NCBI GenBank assembly: GCA_963718745.1
Contig: OY970370.1
Location: forward strand, 1,402,785 to 1,466,784
Origin: Candidatus Fermentibacterota bacterium
Lineage (GTDB): Bacteria > Fermentibacterota > Fermentibacteria > Fermentibacterales > Fermentibacteraceae
Length of the DNA: 64,000 nt
Reading direction: 5' to 3'
Shown here: positions 51,540 to 60,523 of the stretch, piece after piece
How the letters are laid out: each line of letters begins with the position of its first letter
Position numbering within the stretch: the first letter of the stretch is position 1
Program-made: the position numbers and the translations under genes
The notes under the pieces: model-generated
Told to the model about the DNA's origin: nothing
Database searches by the model: none
The model's input: only the letters and a program-made list of their open reading frames with translations

Positions 51540-52658
51540 CTACCCTGTGGCTCCGGGGAGTCTTACCGGCATCAGGAGAGACAGATGAGCAATTCCGGGT
51601 TCCGGCGATTCGTTCTCGAGAACGACGGCGGAAGCGCTGTTCTTGAGCTTGAGGACTATCTTGTCGCCGGTCATGTTCTTCAGGATCTCCATCAGGAAGT
51701 CTGCATTGAAGCCTACCTGTATCGCCTCTCCGGTGTAGTCCCCCTGCAGCTTCTCACGGGCTTCGCCCGCATCTGTGTTCTCGGCCTGGACTACGATGTT
51801 GTCCTTCTCCAGAGACAGCTTGACCTGATGAGTCGCAGGGTTGGCGATGATCCTCATCCTCCTGAGGGCGGAGTTGAGGTCCTCCCTGCCGATGACCAGG
51901 CTCTTGTCGTTGTCGCGCGGGATGACCTTCTCATAGGGAGGATAGGGGCCTTCGATCGTGCGGCTGAAGATCGTCGTGGAGCCGAACTCGAAGGAGATCT
52001 GGCTGCCCTGGAAGCTGACCCGGACATCCCCGTCCTCGCCGATCCGCGCCAGGAGGCTCAGGGCCTTGGGGGCGACTATCGCCTCGTAGACGGCCTGGGA
52101 TGTGACCTGCGAGAGATGGATCCTGGCGAGCCTGTGTCCGTCCGTCGCGACCATCTCGAGGCCTTCGGGGCTGAGCTTCCAGAGCTCTCCGTTGAGTGCG
52201 GGACGGTAGTCCTCGCGCGCAACGGCGAAGGAGGTCCTCCGGATAGCCGAAGAGAGGACGGAAAGCGGTATGGACGTGGAAGCGGAATCGACCTTCGTGG
52301 GCAGCTCGGGATAGCTGTCCCTGGCGGAGCCGGCGACGACGAAGGAGCTGTCGCCGCAGTTGATGTTGATCCTGCTTCCGGTACCGCTTATGTGGACGTC
52401 GGACTCGGAGAGTTCACGGACTATCTCGTGGAGCTTGCGGCCGGGTATCGCCACGGCACCGGGAGTCGTCACGGTCGCGGGAACGCTCGTGGTTATCGTG
52501 GTGTCCAGATCGGTCGCGGCAAGGTTCAGCTGGTCCCTTCCTGCCTCGACGAGGATGTTGGTGAGAGCGGGCAGGTTGGTTCTGGGGGGCACGGCGGCGG
52601 CAACTGTGTTGAGACCCTTGAGCAGCTCTGCCTGGGAAACGAGGAGCTTGATCATCAT
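51540..52658 (-). CDS. dnaN: DNA polymerase III beta sliding clamp
   Basis: 372 aa (MMIKLLVSQAELLKGLNTV...) with three-domain clamp length. Lies downstream of dnaA. Confidence 0.95.
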   Translation of the reverse strand: MMIKLLVSQAELLKGLNTVAAAVPPRTNLPALTNILVEAGRDQLNLAATDLDTTITTSVPATVTTPGAVAIPGRKLHEIVRELSESDVHISGTGSRININCGDSSFVVAGSARDSYPELPTKVDSASTSIPLSVLSSAIRRTSFAVAREDYRPALNGELWKLSPEGLEMVATDGHRLARIHLSQVTSQAVYEAIVAPKALSLLARIGEDGDVRVSFQGSQISFEFGSTTIFSRTIEGPYPPYEKVIPRDNDKSLVIGREDLNSALRRMRIIANPATHQVKLSLEKDNIVVQAENTDAGEAREKLQGDYTGEAIQVGFNADFLMEILKNMTGDKIVLKLKNSASAVVLENESPEPGIAHLSLLMPVRLPGATG

Positions 52659-52875
52659 GCAGCCCTCCGGGGAACGGCTGGGACCAGTAGTAACAAAGAA
52701 AACAGCAACAAATGATGATTACTATTATACCGAAGAAGTTGTGGAACTGCTAGGGTTGAGCTAGCGGGGCAACGAGCTCCGATGTGGAGAAAGATGTCCA
52801 TATCCGGATAGTATGATCCGGGTTTTCCACAGAGGCTGGTTCTGCACGGGGTATGTGACCGGGTTCTGGACAGGA
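52659..52875. other. candidate oriC segment (AT-rich block plus DnaA boxes) in the dnaA-dnaN spacer
   Basis: AT-rich stretch ~52688-52737. TGTGGAGAA at 52783-52791 and TTTTCCACA at 52823-52831 (both 8/9 to consensus). Weaker TGTGGAACT at 52740-52748. Confidence 0.5.
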
Positions 52876-54240
52876 TCAACCCGAGAGCCTCGTCCTGAGA
52901 TCGAGGATCTTCCTCCGCAGAGCGGCGTCCTCCGCCGAGAGCTGCCTCACGCGGTCGATCGCGTTGAGCACGGTGGAATGATCGCGTCCCGAGAAGAACC
53001 TGCCGATCTCCACGAGCGAGATGTCGGTCAATTCCCTTATCAGGAACATCGAGACCTGCCTGGGGACGAGTATGTCCCGCCTCCGCTGCTTGCCGCGGAG
53101 CTGTGCGGGGGCGACCGAGAAGACCTCGGCGACGGCGGCGGTTATCACTCCCGGAGTCAGCCTCTGCGCCGAGGAGCCGAACGCGTCGGAAAGGACCCTC
53201 TTCGCGAGAGTGAGGTCTATCGGAGTGCCGTTGATCCTGCTGGATGCCGCCAGGCGGTGAACGGCTCCCTCGAGCTGCCTGACGTTGTTCCTGATCGTCG
53301 AAGCAATGAAGTCGAGTACTTCGGCCGTGAAGAACTCCCCCTCGTCCCTGACCTTGAGTTCGAGTATCGCCATGCGGGTTTCATAGTCGGGCGGCTGGAT
53401 GTCCGCTACGAGTCCCGACTGGAACCGCGAGACGAGCCGCTCCTCGAGCCCGGGGATCTCGCCTGGGAGCCGGTCGGATGTGAATACGATCTGCCTTCCG
53501 GTCTGGTAGAGGTCGTTGAAGCGGTGGAACAGCTCCTCCTGCGTCTGGGCCTTCCCGCCGAGCGACTGGACGTCGTCCATCAGCAGAAGATCGACATCCC
53601 GGTAGATCCTCCTGAACTCATCCACGTTCTGGCGGCCGAGGGATGTGACGAACAGGTGCAGGAACTGCTCGGACGAGACATAGACGAAACGCTTGTCCGG
53701 ATGGATCCTCCGGACCTCGTGGGCTATGCCCTGGATGAGATGCGTCTTCCCGAGGCCCACGCCTCCGTAGATGAAGAGCGGGTTGTAGGATGGGCTGCCG
53801 GGGTTCATCGCGACGGCCCTGGCTCCGGCATAGGCCAGCTCGTTGCTCGGGCCCGCTACGAACCGGTCGAAGGTGTAGCTGGGATGGAGATAGTTCGACC
53901 TGATGGATGTCGGTTGCGCCGCCCCCTGTCCTGTCGGAGCCGGCCCCTGGGGAGCGGTCGAAGGTGGTGCCGGATCCCCGACGCACAGAAGGCTGATGCC
54001 CGGACGTCCGCTGAGTTCGCGGAGAGAACCCTGCAGGATGTCGCCGTAGTTCGTCATCGTCCAGCGGGCCATGAACTGGTTCGGGAAGCGGACGATGAAC
54101 CTGTCGTCCTCCATGGTCTCGAAACTGCAGTCGGACAGCCAGGTACGGAATGTCGACGGCGGTACCGCCGACCGCGCCGCCTCCAGGCACCTGGTCCACA
54201 AACCGGATGGATCGATCATGTCTTCCCGGGTCTGTTCCAC
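52876..54240 (-). CDS. dnaA: chromosomal replication initiator DnaA
   Basis: AAA+ P-loop GGVGLGKTHL, Walker B LLLMDDVQ and a C-terminal DNA-binding domain (RDHSTVLNAIDRV). GTG 54240 or ATG 54219. Confidence 0.96.
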   Translation of the reverse strand: MEQTREDMIDPSGLWTRCLEAARSAVPPSTFRTWLSDCSFETMEDDRFIVRFPNQFMARWTMTNYGDILQGSLRELSGRPGISLLCVGDPAPPSTAPQGPAPTGQGAAQPTSIRSNYLHPSYTFDRFVAGPSNELAYAGARAVAMNPGSPSYNPLFIYGGVGLGKTHLIQGIAHEVRRIHPDKRFVYVSSEQFLHLFVTSLGRQNVDEFRRIYRDVDLLLMDDVQSLGGKAQTQEELFHRFNDLYQTGRQIVFTSDRLPGEIPGLEERLVSRFQSGLVADIQPPDYETRMAILELKVRDEGEFFTAEVLDFIASTIRNNVRQLEGAVHRLAASSRINGTPIDLTLAKRVLSDAFGSSAQRLTPGVITAAVAEVFSVAPAQLRGKQRRRDILVPRQVSMFLIRELTDISLVEIGRFFSGRDHSTVLNAIDRVRQLSAEDAALRRKILDLRTRLSG

Positions 54241-54541
54241 GCCTGCCTAAAGCCTTGTCCGATATGCCGGACAGGAATTGTCAACAGAGTTGTCCACAGG
54301 TTTCACAGAGGCTAACATCATGTTTGTCAATTGGTTACTTTGTTCGACCCGACAGACGGCCGGCAGGATGTTGATATCCAAGCAGCAACATACTTTCCAT
54401 CCGGGCAACCATCTTGACAGGACCCCGTTAGAGGAGTAGTTTTCCGCTTCGCCTGCGGGAACGACAGGGACAATTTCGTCCCGCCGGGCCCTCCAGTCAA
54501 GCCGTCATGAAAAGGCACTCTGGTCATACAGGAGAGGCAAG
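54241..54541. promoter_or_regulatory. dnaA-rpmH divergent spacer with DnaA boxes
   Basis: TTGTCCACA at 54290-54298 (8/9) and TTGTCAACA at 54278-54286 (7/9), plus weaker sites. Gene orientation switches here. Confidence 0.5.
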
Positions 54542-54676
54542 ATGAAAAGAACATTTCAGCCCAGCAACCTTTCGCGCGCGAGGAGACACGGATTCCGGGC
54601 GAGAATGGCCACCAGGAACGGTCGCAAGGTCCTGAATGCCAGACGCCGCAGGAACAGAAAACTCCTCGTCCCGTAG
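54542..54676 (+). CDS. rpmH: 50S ribosomal protein L34
   Basis: Not in the ORF track because it is under 60 aa. My translation: [51 protein letters not shown] lies upstream. Confidence 0.93.
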   Translation: MKRTFQPSNLSRARRHGFRARMATRNGRKVLNARRRRNRKLLVP

Positions 54677-55022
54677 CGGGGCGGGCAAGGGATCCTCTCC
54701 CGGCCGACTCGCAGGAAAGCCAGGGTTCGAAAGGGTTTTCAGGAGCGGCAGCAGGTTCAGGGGATCGGTCCTCAAAATCGTGAGTCTCGGAAACACCCTG
54801 GGCATAACCCGCCTGGGGTTTTCCGTATCGGGTAAAACGGGTTGCTCCGTGGAGAGGAACCTTTTCAGGAGGCGGGTGCGGGAATCGCTCCGCCAGCGCC
54901 ACGTTCTGCCCGAGGGGCTGGACATTGTCGTCTATCCGGCGGTGAAGCTATCCGAAACGACGAGAATAAGCATAGAGGAGGACCTGGCGGCGTTCATCAC
55001 GTATCTGTCGCTGCGGCGATAG
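54636..55022 (+). CDS. rnpA: ribonuclease P protein component
   Basis: Sequence [19 protein letters not shown]...[21 protein letters not shown]. The only in-frame canonical start is ATG 54636, 41 nt inside rpmH. Confidence 0.8.
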   Translation: MPDAAGTENSSSRSGAGKGSSPGRLAGKPGFERVFRSGSRFRGSVLKIVSLGNTLGITRLGFSVSGKTGCSVERNLFRRRVRESLRQRHVLPEGLDIVVYPAVKLSETTRISIEEDLAAFITYLSLRR

Positions 55023-55237
55023 CTCTCGCGTGCATCGGTTTCTACCGGAGGTTCCTTTCTCCATTCCTGCCGCCGAGCTGCAGGTTCACGCCATCCTGCA
55101 GCGAATACGCGGAGACGGCCGTCGGAAGGTTCGGTTTCCTCAGAGGCGGCCTGATGGCCGCTGTAAGAATACTTCGATGCAACCCGTTCTCCCCGGGCGG
55201 GCACGATCCTGTACCTGGAGGTCCGGAAGATGAGTGA
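55019..55237 (+). CDS. yidD: membrane protein insertion efficiency factor YidD (start uncertain)
   Basis: Sequence [24 protein letters not shown]...[14 protein letters not shown]. No ATG/GTG/TTG lies in frame between TTG 54842 and the conserved core. ATA 55019 overlaps the rnpA stop (ATAG). Confidence 0.7.
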   Translation: MALACIGFYRRFLSPFLPPSCRFTPSCSEYAETAVGRFGFLRGGLMAAVRILRCNPFSPGGHDPVPGGPEDE

Positions 55238-56834
55238 TCAGCAGAGGCTTCTCCTTGCCGCAGTACTGATGTCGCTGGTCCTCCTGGCCGGCTGGATGTT
55301 CGGATCGAACAGGCGCTCCGACGGTGATCGGCCGCAGGTCGTCCCGCAGGCGGCGGACACGGCCGCTGCCGTGGTCGATACGGTCATCGTGCAGGATCCC
55401 GTGGTCGACGGGACGGTACTCCCGGCGGACTCTGCCGGACAGGAACCCGCTCAGGCGCAGCCGCCCGCGAGGGCCATAACGGTGATAATCCCGGGAGAAG
55501 ACGGAGAGACGCTCGTCAGAGCCGTGATCTCCACTCTGGGCGGATCGATCGATTCGTGGGTCATGCCGGGATGGCGGAACATGCAGGATGCCGGAGGCGG
55601 ACCCGTCGACCTCGCGGTCTCTCCGTGGTTCGAGGCGGAGGATTCCTCCGGGGTCACAGGTTTCGGATGCTCGAGCCCGGATACAGTGATCGTCGGCGAA
55701 TCTACGCGGATCGTGCTGGAGACTGCCGGGGGGCGGACGAGGACTTACACTTTCCGCAGCGGCAGCTACACATTCGATGTCGCGGACGGGGGGGCCGGAG
55801 GATTCACCGTGGCCGAGGGGGCGATCCCTGTCACGGAGACCGATGTGGTTCCGAACAACTACTTCAGCGCCGCATGGTTCGCGGAGAAGCACAGATCGAA
55901 GAAGACAAAGGATCTGGACGAGCCGATGGCGCTCGGGCGTGTGCTCTGGGTGGCCTCCCGGACGAGGTACTTCACGGTTCTCATGATGTCCGGAGCGGAC
56001 GAGAGACAGGACGGGACGGCATTCTCCACGGATGACTCCCTCTCGCCGGGGATCACGCTCTCGGATGACAGCATCTCGGTCTACGCAGGCCCGGTCGACT
56101 ATGACAGGCTGCATGCCCTCGGATCCAGGACCGACAGCCTGGTCGACTTCGGGTGGCCGCTGATCAGATGGATCGGGCAGCTCATCTACATGTTCATATC
56201 ACGGGTACTGGGCTTCGTCTCCAACTGGGGCCTGCGGATCGTCATACTCTCCGTGGTCCTCAAGCTCGCGCTGATGCCGCTGTCTCTCCACAGCAGCAGA
56301 TCCATGCGGAAGATGCAGACGATGCAGCCTCTGGTGCAGGAACTCCAGAAGAAGTACGCAAACGACCCGATGAGGCAGAGGCAGGAACTCTCCAAGCTCT
56401 ACAAGGAGAACGGCGTCAATCCGATCGGCGGATGCGTCCCGCTGCTGCTCCAGATGCCGGTCTTCTTCGCCCTCTACAGGGTGCTCGAGAACTCGGTCAG
56501 CCTTCGGGGAGCAGGCTTCTTCCTTTGGATCACCGACCTTTCCAGACCGGAGATCCTGATTCCCTTCGGCGGCAGGATCCTCGGACTGGCGGGCATCGGC
56601 CTGCTTCCGCTCCTGATGGGCGCGGCGATGTTCTTCCAGCAGAAGATGACAGTGACCGATCCCTCGCAGAAGAGCATGACCTATCTGATGCCCGTCATCA
56701 TGACATGGCTTTTCATGCGATTCCCCGCGGGCCTGTCCGTCTACTGGTTCGTGAACAACGTTCTTTCGATCGCTGAACAGAAGCTCATCAGAAGGAGCGC
56801 TCCGGCCGCCCCGGCCGGCAAGCCGGCAAAGTAA
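55230..56834 (+). CDS. yidC: membrane protein insertase YidC
   Basis: 534 aa with an N-terminal TM, a periplasmic domain and a conserved C-terminal core ([17 protein letters not shown]). Confidence 0.93.
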   Translation: MSDQQRLLLAAVLMSLVLLAGWMFGSNRRSDGDRPQVVPQAADTAAAVVDTVIVQDPVVDGTVLPADSAGQEPAQAQPPARAITVIIPGEDGETLVRAVISTLGGSIDSWVMPGWRNMQDAGGGPVDLAVSPWFEAEDSSGVTGFGCSSPDTVIVGESTRIVLETAGGRTRTYTFRSGSYTFDVADGGAGGFTVAEGAIPVTETDVVPNNYFSAAWFAEKHRSKKTKDLDEPMALGRVLWVASRTRYFTVLMMSGADERQDGTAFSTDDSLSPGITLSDDSISVYAGPVDYDRLHALGSRTDSLVDFGWPLIRWIGQLIYMFISRVLGFVSNWGLRIVILSVVLKLALMPLSLHSSRSMRKMQTMQPLVQELQKKYANDPMRQRQELSKLYKENGVNPIGGCVPLLLQMPVFFALYRVLENSVSLRGAGFFLWITDLSRPEILIPFGGRILGLAGIGLLPLLMGAAMFFQQKMTVTDPSQKSMTYLMPVIMTWLFMRFPAGLSVYWFVNNVLSIAEQKLIRRSAPAAPAGKPAK

Positions 56835-58078
56835 TGGCGTACGGGATCATAGCTGCGCTGGCAACCCCTCCCGGGGTCTCCGCGCTGGCTGTGATCCGTA
56901 CGAGCGGAGAAGGCTGCGCACGGATGGCGGAGGAATACTTCGGCCTCGCCGAGGGCAGGCTCTCCGGCATGAGAAGGGCGCTGTCCGCATGTCCCGGATC
57001 GATCTCCCGCGGGGGCGCAGAAGTGCTCCTCCTGTCCTGGCCCGCCGGCAGGAGCTTCACCGGGGAGGAGATGGTCGAGATCATGTGCCCCGGCTCCATG
57101 ACCATCGCGGGGGAGATCCTGGGCGGCCTGGAGGCGATGGGTGCGAGACCGTCCGGTCCAGGCGAGTTCACCAGGAGGGCCTTCCTCTCGGGGAGGATGA
57201 GCGCGCTCGAGGTCATAGCCCTCTCCTCGATATGGAGATCGGGTGCCGGCGCCGTGATCTCGAGGGAGCTCGAGGATGCGGCTGCCTCGCTCGAAAAGGC
57301 GCTCGAGACGGTTCAGGAGTCGCTCGAGGCCGCGATAGAGTTCTCCGAAGAACACCACATCGCTGAAGAAGACATCGAATTCCGGATGGAAGCCGCGGGA
57401 GGGTCGGCCAGGGGTCTGGCTTCCGCCGCCTTGCGTGCCGAGGGTCCTGTCCGTGTCTTCCTCGCCGGACCGGTCAACTCGGGGAAGTCCACTCTCTTCA
57501 ATACGATCACAGGCCGGGAAAGGGCAGTCGTCACCCCCGAGGAGGGGACGACCCGTGACGGGGCCTCGGCTCTGCTGGTTGTGGCGGGAAGGGAAGTGGA
57601 GCTGTTCGACACGCCCGGATTCCGTCACGGGGGCAGGTGGGATGCGGACTGCCGGGCGCTCGAGATATCGATCGGCATGGTAGGCCGGGATGACATCGTC
57701 GTCTGGATGAGCAGAGGCGGTTCCGAACAACCCGATGGCGAAATCATGGCGAGAGCGGGGATCACGATAGAAGTCGCAAGCCTGGCTGATGAGTGCGGAG
57801 GCGGAGGTCTTCGTCTCAGCTCGAGGACCGGCGAGGGAGTCGAAGAATTGAAGGCCAGGATAGCCGCATCGAGGCCGCCCGGGATGCTTTACTGCTGCGC
57901 TGCCGGGATAGGACGGCACATCGAGGCGGCCCGGAGCATGTGCGGAGCGGGCGAGATGGCCGCAGCATCGGAGGAGATTGCGGAGGCGATGGAGGCTCTG
58001 GCATCGGTCATGGACCGCGGGACGGGGATAGAGCTTGCCGTCGAGAGGGCGCTCGGTCGCCTCTGTGTTGGAAAATGA
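56834..58078 (+). CDS. mnmE: tRNA modification GTPase MnmE
   Basis: G-domain GPVNSGKSTLFN and TTRD, with the C-terminal CVGK tetrapeptide. Confidence 0.9.
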   Translation: MAYGIIAALATPPGVSALAVIRTSGEGCARMAEEYFGLAEGRLSGMRRALSACPGSISRGGAEVLLLSWPAGRSFTGEEMVEIMCPGSMTIAGEILGGLEAMGARPSGPGEFTRRAFLSGRMSALEVIALSSIWRSGAGAVISRELEDAAASLEKALETVQESLEAAIEFSEEHHIAEEDIEFRMEAAGGSARGLASAALRAEGPVRVFLAGPVNSGKSTLFNTITGRERAVVTPEEGTTRDGASALLVVAGREVELFDTPGFRHGGRWDADCRALEISIGMVGRDDIVVWMSRGGSEQPDGEIMARAGITIEVASLADECGGGGLRLSSRTGEGVEELKARIAASRPPGMLYCCAAGIGRHIEAARSMCGAGEMAAASEEIAEAMEALASVMDRGTGIELAVERALGRLCVGK

Positions 58079-59895
58079 GAGGCTTCGGGGTGGTCGTGGT
58101 AGGGGGGGGTCATGCCGGTGCGGAGGCAGCCCTGTCGGCGGTAAGAGCCGGTGCGGACGTCGCCATGATAACGATGAAGAAGTGCCGTATCGGTCACATG
58201 TCATGCAATCCCGCCATAGGAGGCGTCGCAAAGGGCACCCTGGTGAGAGAGATAGACGCGCTGGGCGGCTTGATGGGGGAGGCCGCCGACAGGGCGGCGA
58301 TACAGTTCAGGATGCTGAACCGGAGGAAGGGTCCGGCGGTCTGGGGTCCGAGGGTCCAGTGCGACCAGGAGGCATATGCCCGATCGATCAGACTCGCTCT
58401 GGAGGATGACGGAGTTGCAGTCGTCGAAGGGGAGGCGGTCGAGTTCGACTGGAACGGAGAACGGGCGACAACTGTCGTACTCGCGGACGGCACGAGGATC
58501 GGCTGCGGATCGGTGGTGCTCGCACCGGGGACATTTCTGGGGGCCGTCCTGTTCCGGGGGCGCGAGAGATGGAGCGGCGGCAGGCTGGGGGATATCGCTT
58601 CGAACAGGCTCTGCGGGCATCTCTCGGCACGAGGGTTCCACGTGGAACGCTTCAAGACGGGTACGCCGCCCAGGATCCTAGCAGGATCGATTGATTACAG
58701 CATGCTTTCGGTACAGCCCGAGGAGGGTAACGTCTGGCGCTTCTCTTCGAGGAAGAGCGTAGAGACGTCGAAGGTGCGCGCAGTATGCCATACCGCCAGG
58801 ACCGTGAGCGGCACTGTCGCCGCGGCTCGCGCCGGTCTCGCCGAATCACCGCTGTACTCCGGAGGAATCAGAGGCATGGGGCCGAGATACTGCCCGAGCT
58901 TCGAGGACAAGGCGGTTCGATTCCCCGAAAGGGACCAGCATCCGGTCTTCTTCGAACCCACAGGGCTCGGCTCGAGGCTGGTCTACCTCAACGGGGTCTC
59001 GACGAGCCTGCCCAGGGATACCCAGCTCGAGATGATCAGATCGCTGCCCGGCTGCGGAAGGGCTGTCGTCGCAGCCTGGGGCTACGCCGTCGAGTACGGA
59101 TACCTGCCCGGAACGCAGATCGGTCGCGATCTCATGCTCGAATCAACGGATAATGTCTTTGTCGCGGGCCAGATCTGCGGGACATCGGGCTATGAGGAAG
59201 CAGCCGGTTTCGGATTGGTGGCGGGGGCGAACGCTGCGGCCCTTGCGCTCGGCCGTTCCGGGCGGTTCGTCCCTGATCCCGGACAGAGCTATATCGGGGT
59301 GATGATCGCGGACATCTCGGGAAACGACCTCGCGGAGCCGTACCGTTTGTTCTCGTCGCGTGCGGGGAACAGGATGCACCTCCGCCCCGACAACGCATGG
59401 AGGAGAATGCTGCGGACCTCGGTCGAAGAGGGAATATCCCGTCCGGGGGATGCCCGGCTGCTTGAATCGCTCGAGAGAGACTCCCTCGGGATTTCGAAGG
59501 TTCTACGAACCGAGAGGCAGGGAGGGAAGCTGCTCGCGGAGCTGTGCAGGCATCCGGAATTCGATCCCGGTTCGCTGGGGAGCCTTTCCCCGGGCCTTTC
59601 CGGATTCGATCCGGACCTGGTTCTCTCGGTCGCACTGGATGAACGGTATGGCGGATATGTGGACAAGGCTGCCAGGAGAGCGAAGGACGTGGAGAGAATG
59701 GCGACTCTCGATCTCAGCGGGGTGGCCGACTTCAGGCTCCTCGAAGGGATAAGCTGGGAGGCGAGAGAGGCGCTCGAGCGTTCGAGACCCGTCAATCTCC
59801 GTGAAGCAGCGGAGCTGCCCGGGATGAGGCCGTCGGACCTGGAAGGCCTTCTGATCGGCATTCTGAGAAGGGTTCCACGTGGAACAGCCGTCTGA
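58075..59895 (+). CDS. mnmG: tRNA uridine 5-carboxymethylaminomethyl modification enzyme MnmG
   Basis: ATG 58075 overlaps the mnmE stop (ATGA). FAD motif VVVVGGGHAGAEAA. 606 aa. Confidence 0.93.
   Translation: MRGFGVVVVGGGHAGAEAALSAVRAGADVAMITMKKCRIGHMSCNPAIGGVAKGTLVREIDALGGLMGEAADRAAIQFRMLNRRKGPAVWGPRVQCDQEAYARSIRLALEDDGVAVVEGEAVEFDWNGERATTVVLADGTRIGCGSVVLAPGTFLGAVLFRGRERWSGGRLGDIASNRLCGHLSARGFHVERFKTGTPPRILAGSIDYSMLSVQPEEGNVWRFSSRKSVETSKVRAVCHTARTVSGTVAAARAGLAESPLYSGGIRGMGPRYCPSFEDKAVRFPERDQHPVFFEPTGLGSRLVYLNGVSTSLPRDTQLEMIRSLPGCGRAVVAAWGYAVEYGYLPGTQIGRDLMLESTDNVFVAGQICGTSGYEEAAGFGLVAGANAAALALGRSGRFVPDPGQSYIGVMIADISGNDLAEPYRLFSSRAGNRMHLRPDNAWRRMLRTSVEEGISRPGDARLLESLERDSLGISKVLRTERQGGKLLAELCRHPEFDPGSLGSLSPGLSGFDPDLVLSVALDERYGGYVDKAARRAKDVERMATLDLSGVADFRLLEGISWEAREALERSRPVNLREAAELPGMRPSDLEGLLIGILRRVPRGTAV
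58634..58649. promoter_or_regulatory. parS-like palindrome (gGTTCCACGTGGAACg) inside mnmG
   Basis: Perfect 14-bp palindrome GTTCCACGTGGAAC at 58635-58648. Close to the TGTTNCACGTGAAACA parS consensus. Confidence 0.65.
59871..59886. promoter_or_regulatory. parS-like palindrome (gGTTCCACGTGGAACa) at the mnmG/rsmG junction
   Basis: The identical 14-bp palindrome occurs at 59872-59885. Confidence 0.65.
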
Positions 59896-59902
59896 AAGGG
59901 AC

Positions 59903-60523
59903 ATGATGGCCTCGGACCTCGGACTTCTCGGTCTCGAGGCGCCCGGAAGCTTCATCGACGGGGCATCCCTGTTCATGGATCTGGTCAGGGAGAGGGGAAG
60001 GGCCGTCAATCTGACAGGTCCGGGAGAGATGGCGCGGCTATGGGAGAGGCACGTGCTGGAGTCCGCCGCCTTCGCCCTGCTGCTCGACCGTGGGCGTCAG
60101 GTCGCCGACATAGGATCCGGCGCGGGTTTCCCCGGGATCGTCCTTGCGCTGCTCGGATTCGAAGTCATCCTGATCGAACCCAGGAGGAACAGGGCGCTCT
60201 TCCTCGAGCACGCCCTGGAGAGCCTGGGAATCCGATCCGCCTCTGTCGAGAGATGCAGGCTCGAGGACTGGCGAAAATCTGCATCGCAATACACGGCCAG
60301 GGCGGTCATGCCCTTCGATAAGCTCGTCAGGCTGATGGATGGCCTGGGTTTGTGCGGGACGCTGACAACCAGGACTCCCTGTGCTCCAGCCGCTCCCCCC
60401 GGAGCGGAAAGGGAGCTCGAACTGCCGGTTCCTCCGCTTGACCGGCCAGGCCTTCTTGTGCAGTATCGCATTCCGATCAGACGTCCGTCTCCGGCCGCAG
60501 GCACCCGAAAGGTCGATCCATGA
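59903..60523 (+). CDS. rsmG: 16S rRNA (guanine527-N7)-methyltransferase
   Basis: Sequence NLTGPGEMARLWERHVLES...DIGSGAGFPGIVLAL. ATG 59903 after GAAAGGG (alternative GTG 59879). Confidence 0.88.
   Translation: MMASDLGLLGLEAPGSFIDGASLFMDLVRERGRAVNLTGPGEMARLWERHVLESAAFALLLDRGRQVADIGSGAGFPGIVLALLGFEVILIEPRRNRALFLEHALESLGIRSASVERCRLEDWRKSASQYTARAVMPFDKLVRLMDGLGLCGTLTTRTPCAPAAPPGAERELELPVPPLDRPGLLVQYRIPIRRPSPAAGTRKVDP

Noticed and set aside
52720-52729. TAC-TAT-TAT run as DnaA-trio elements
   Set aside because: There are only three loosely matching trinucleotides, and I cannot verify orientation or spacing rules from memory with confidence.
54233-54241. TGTTCCACG half-parS at the dnaA start codon
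   Set aside because: Only the left half-site is present, with no palindromic partner. It is mentioned in the origin finding but not called a parS.
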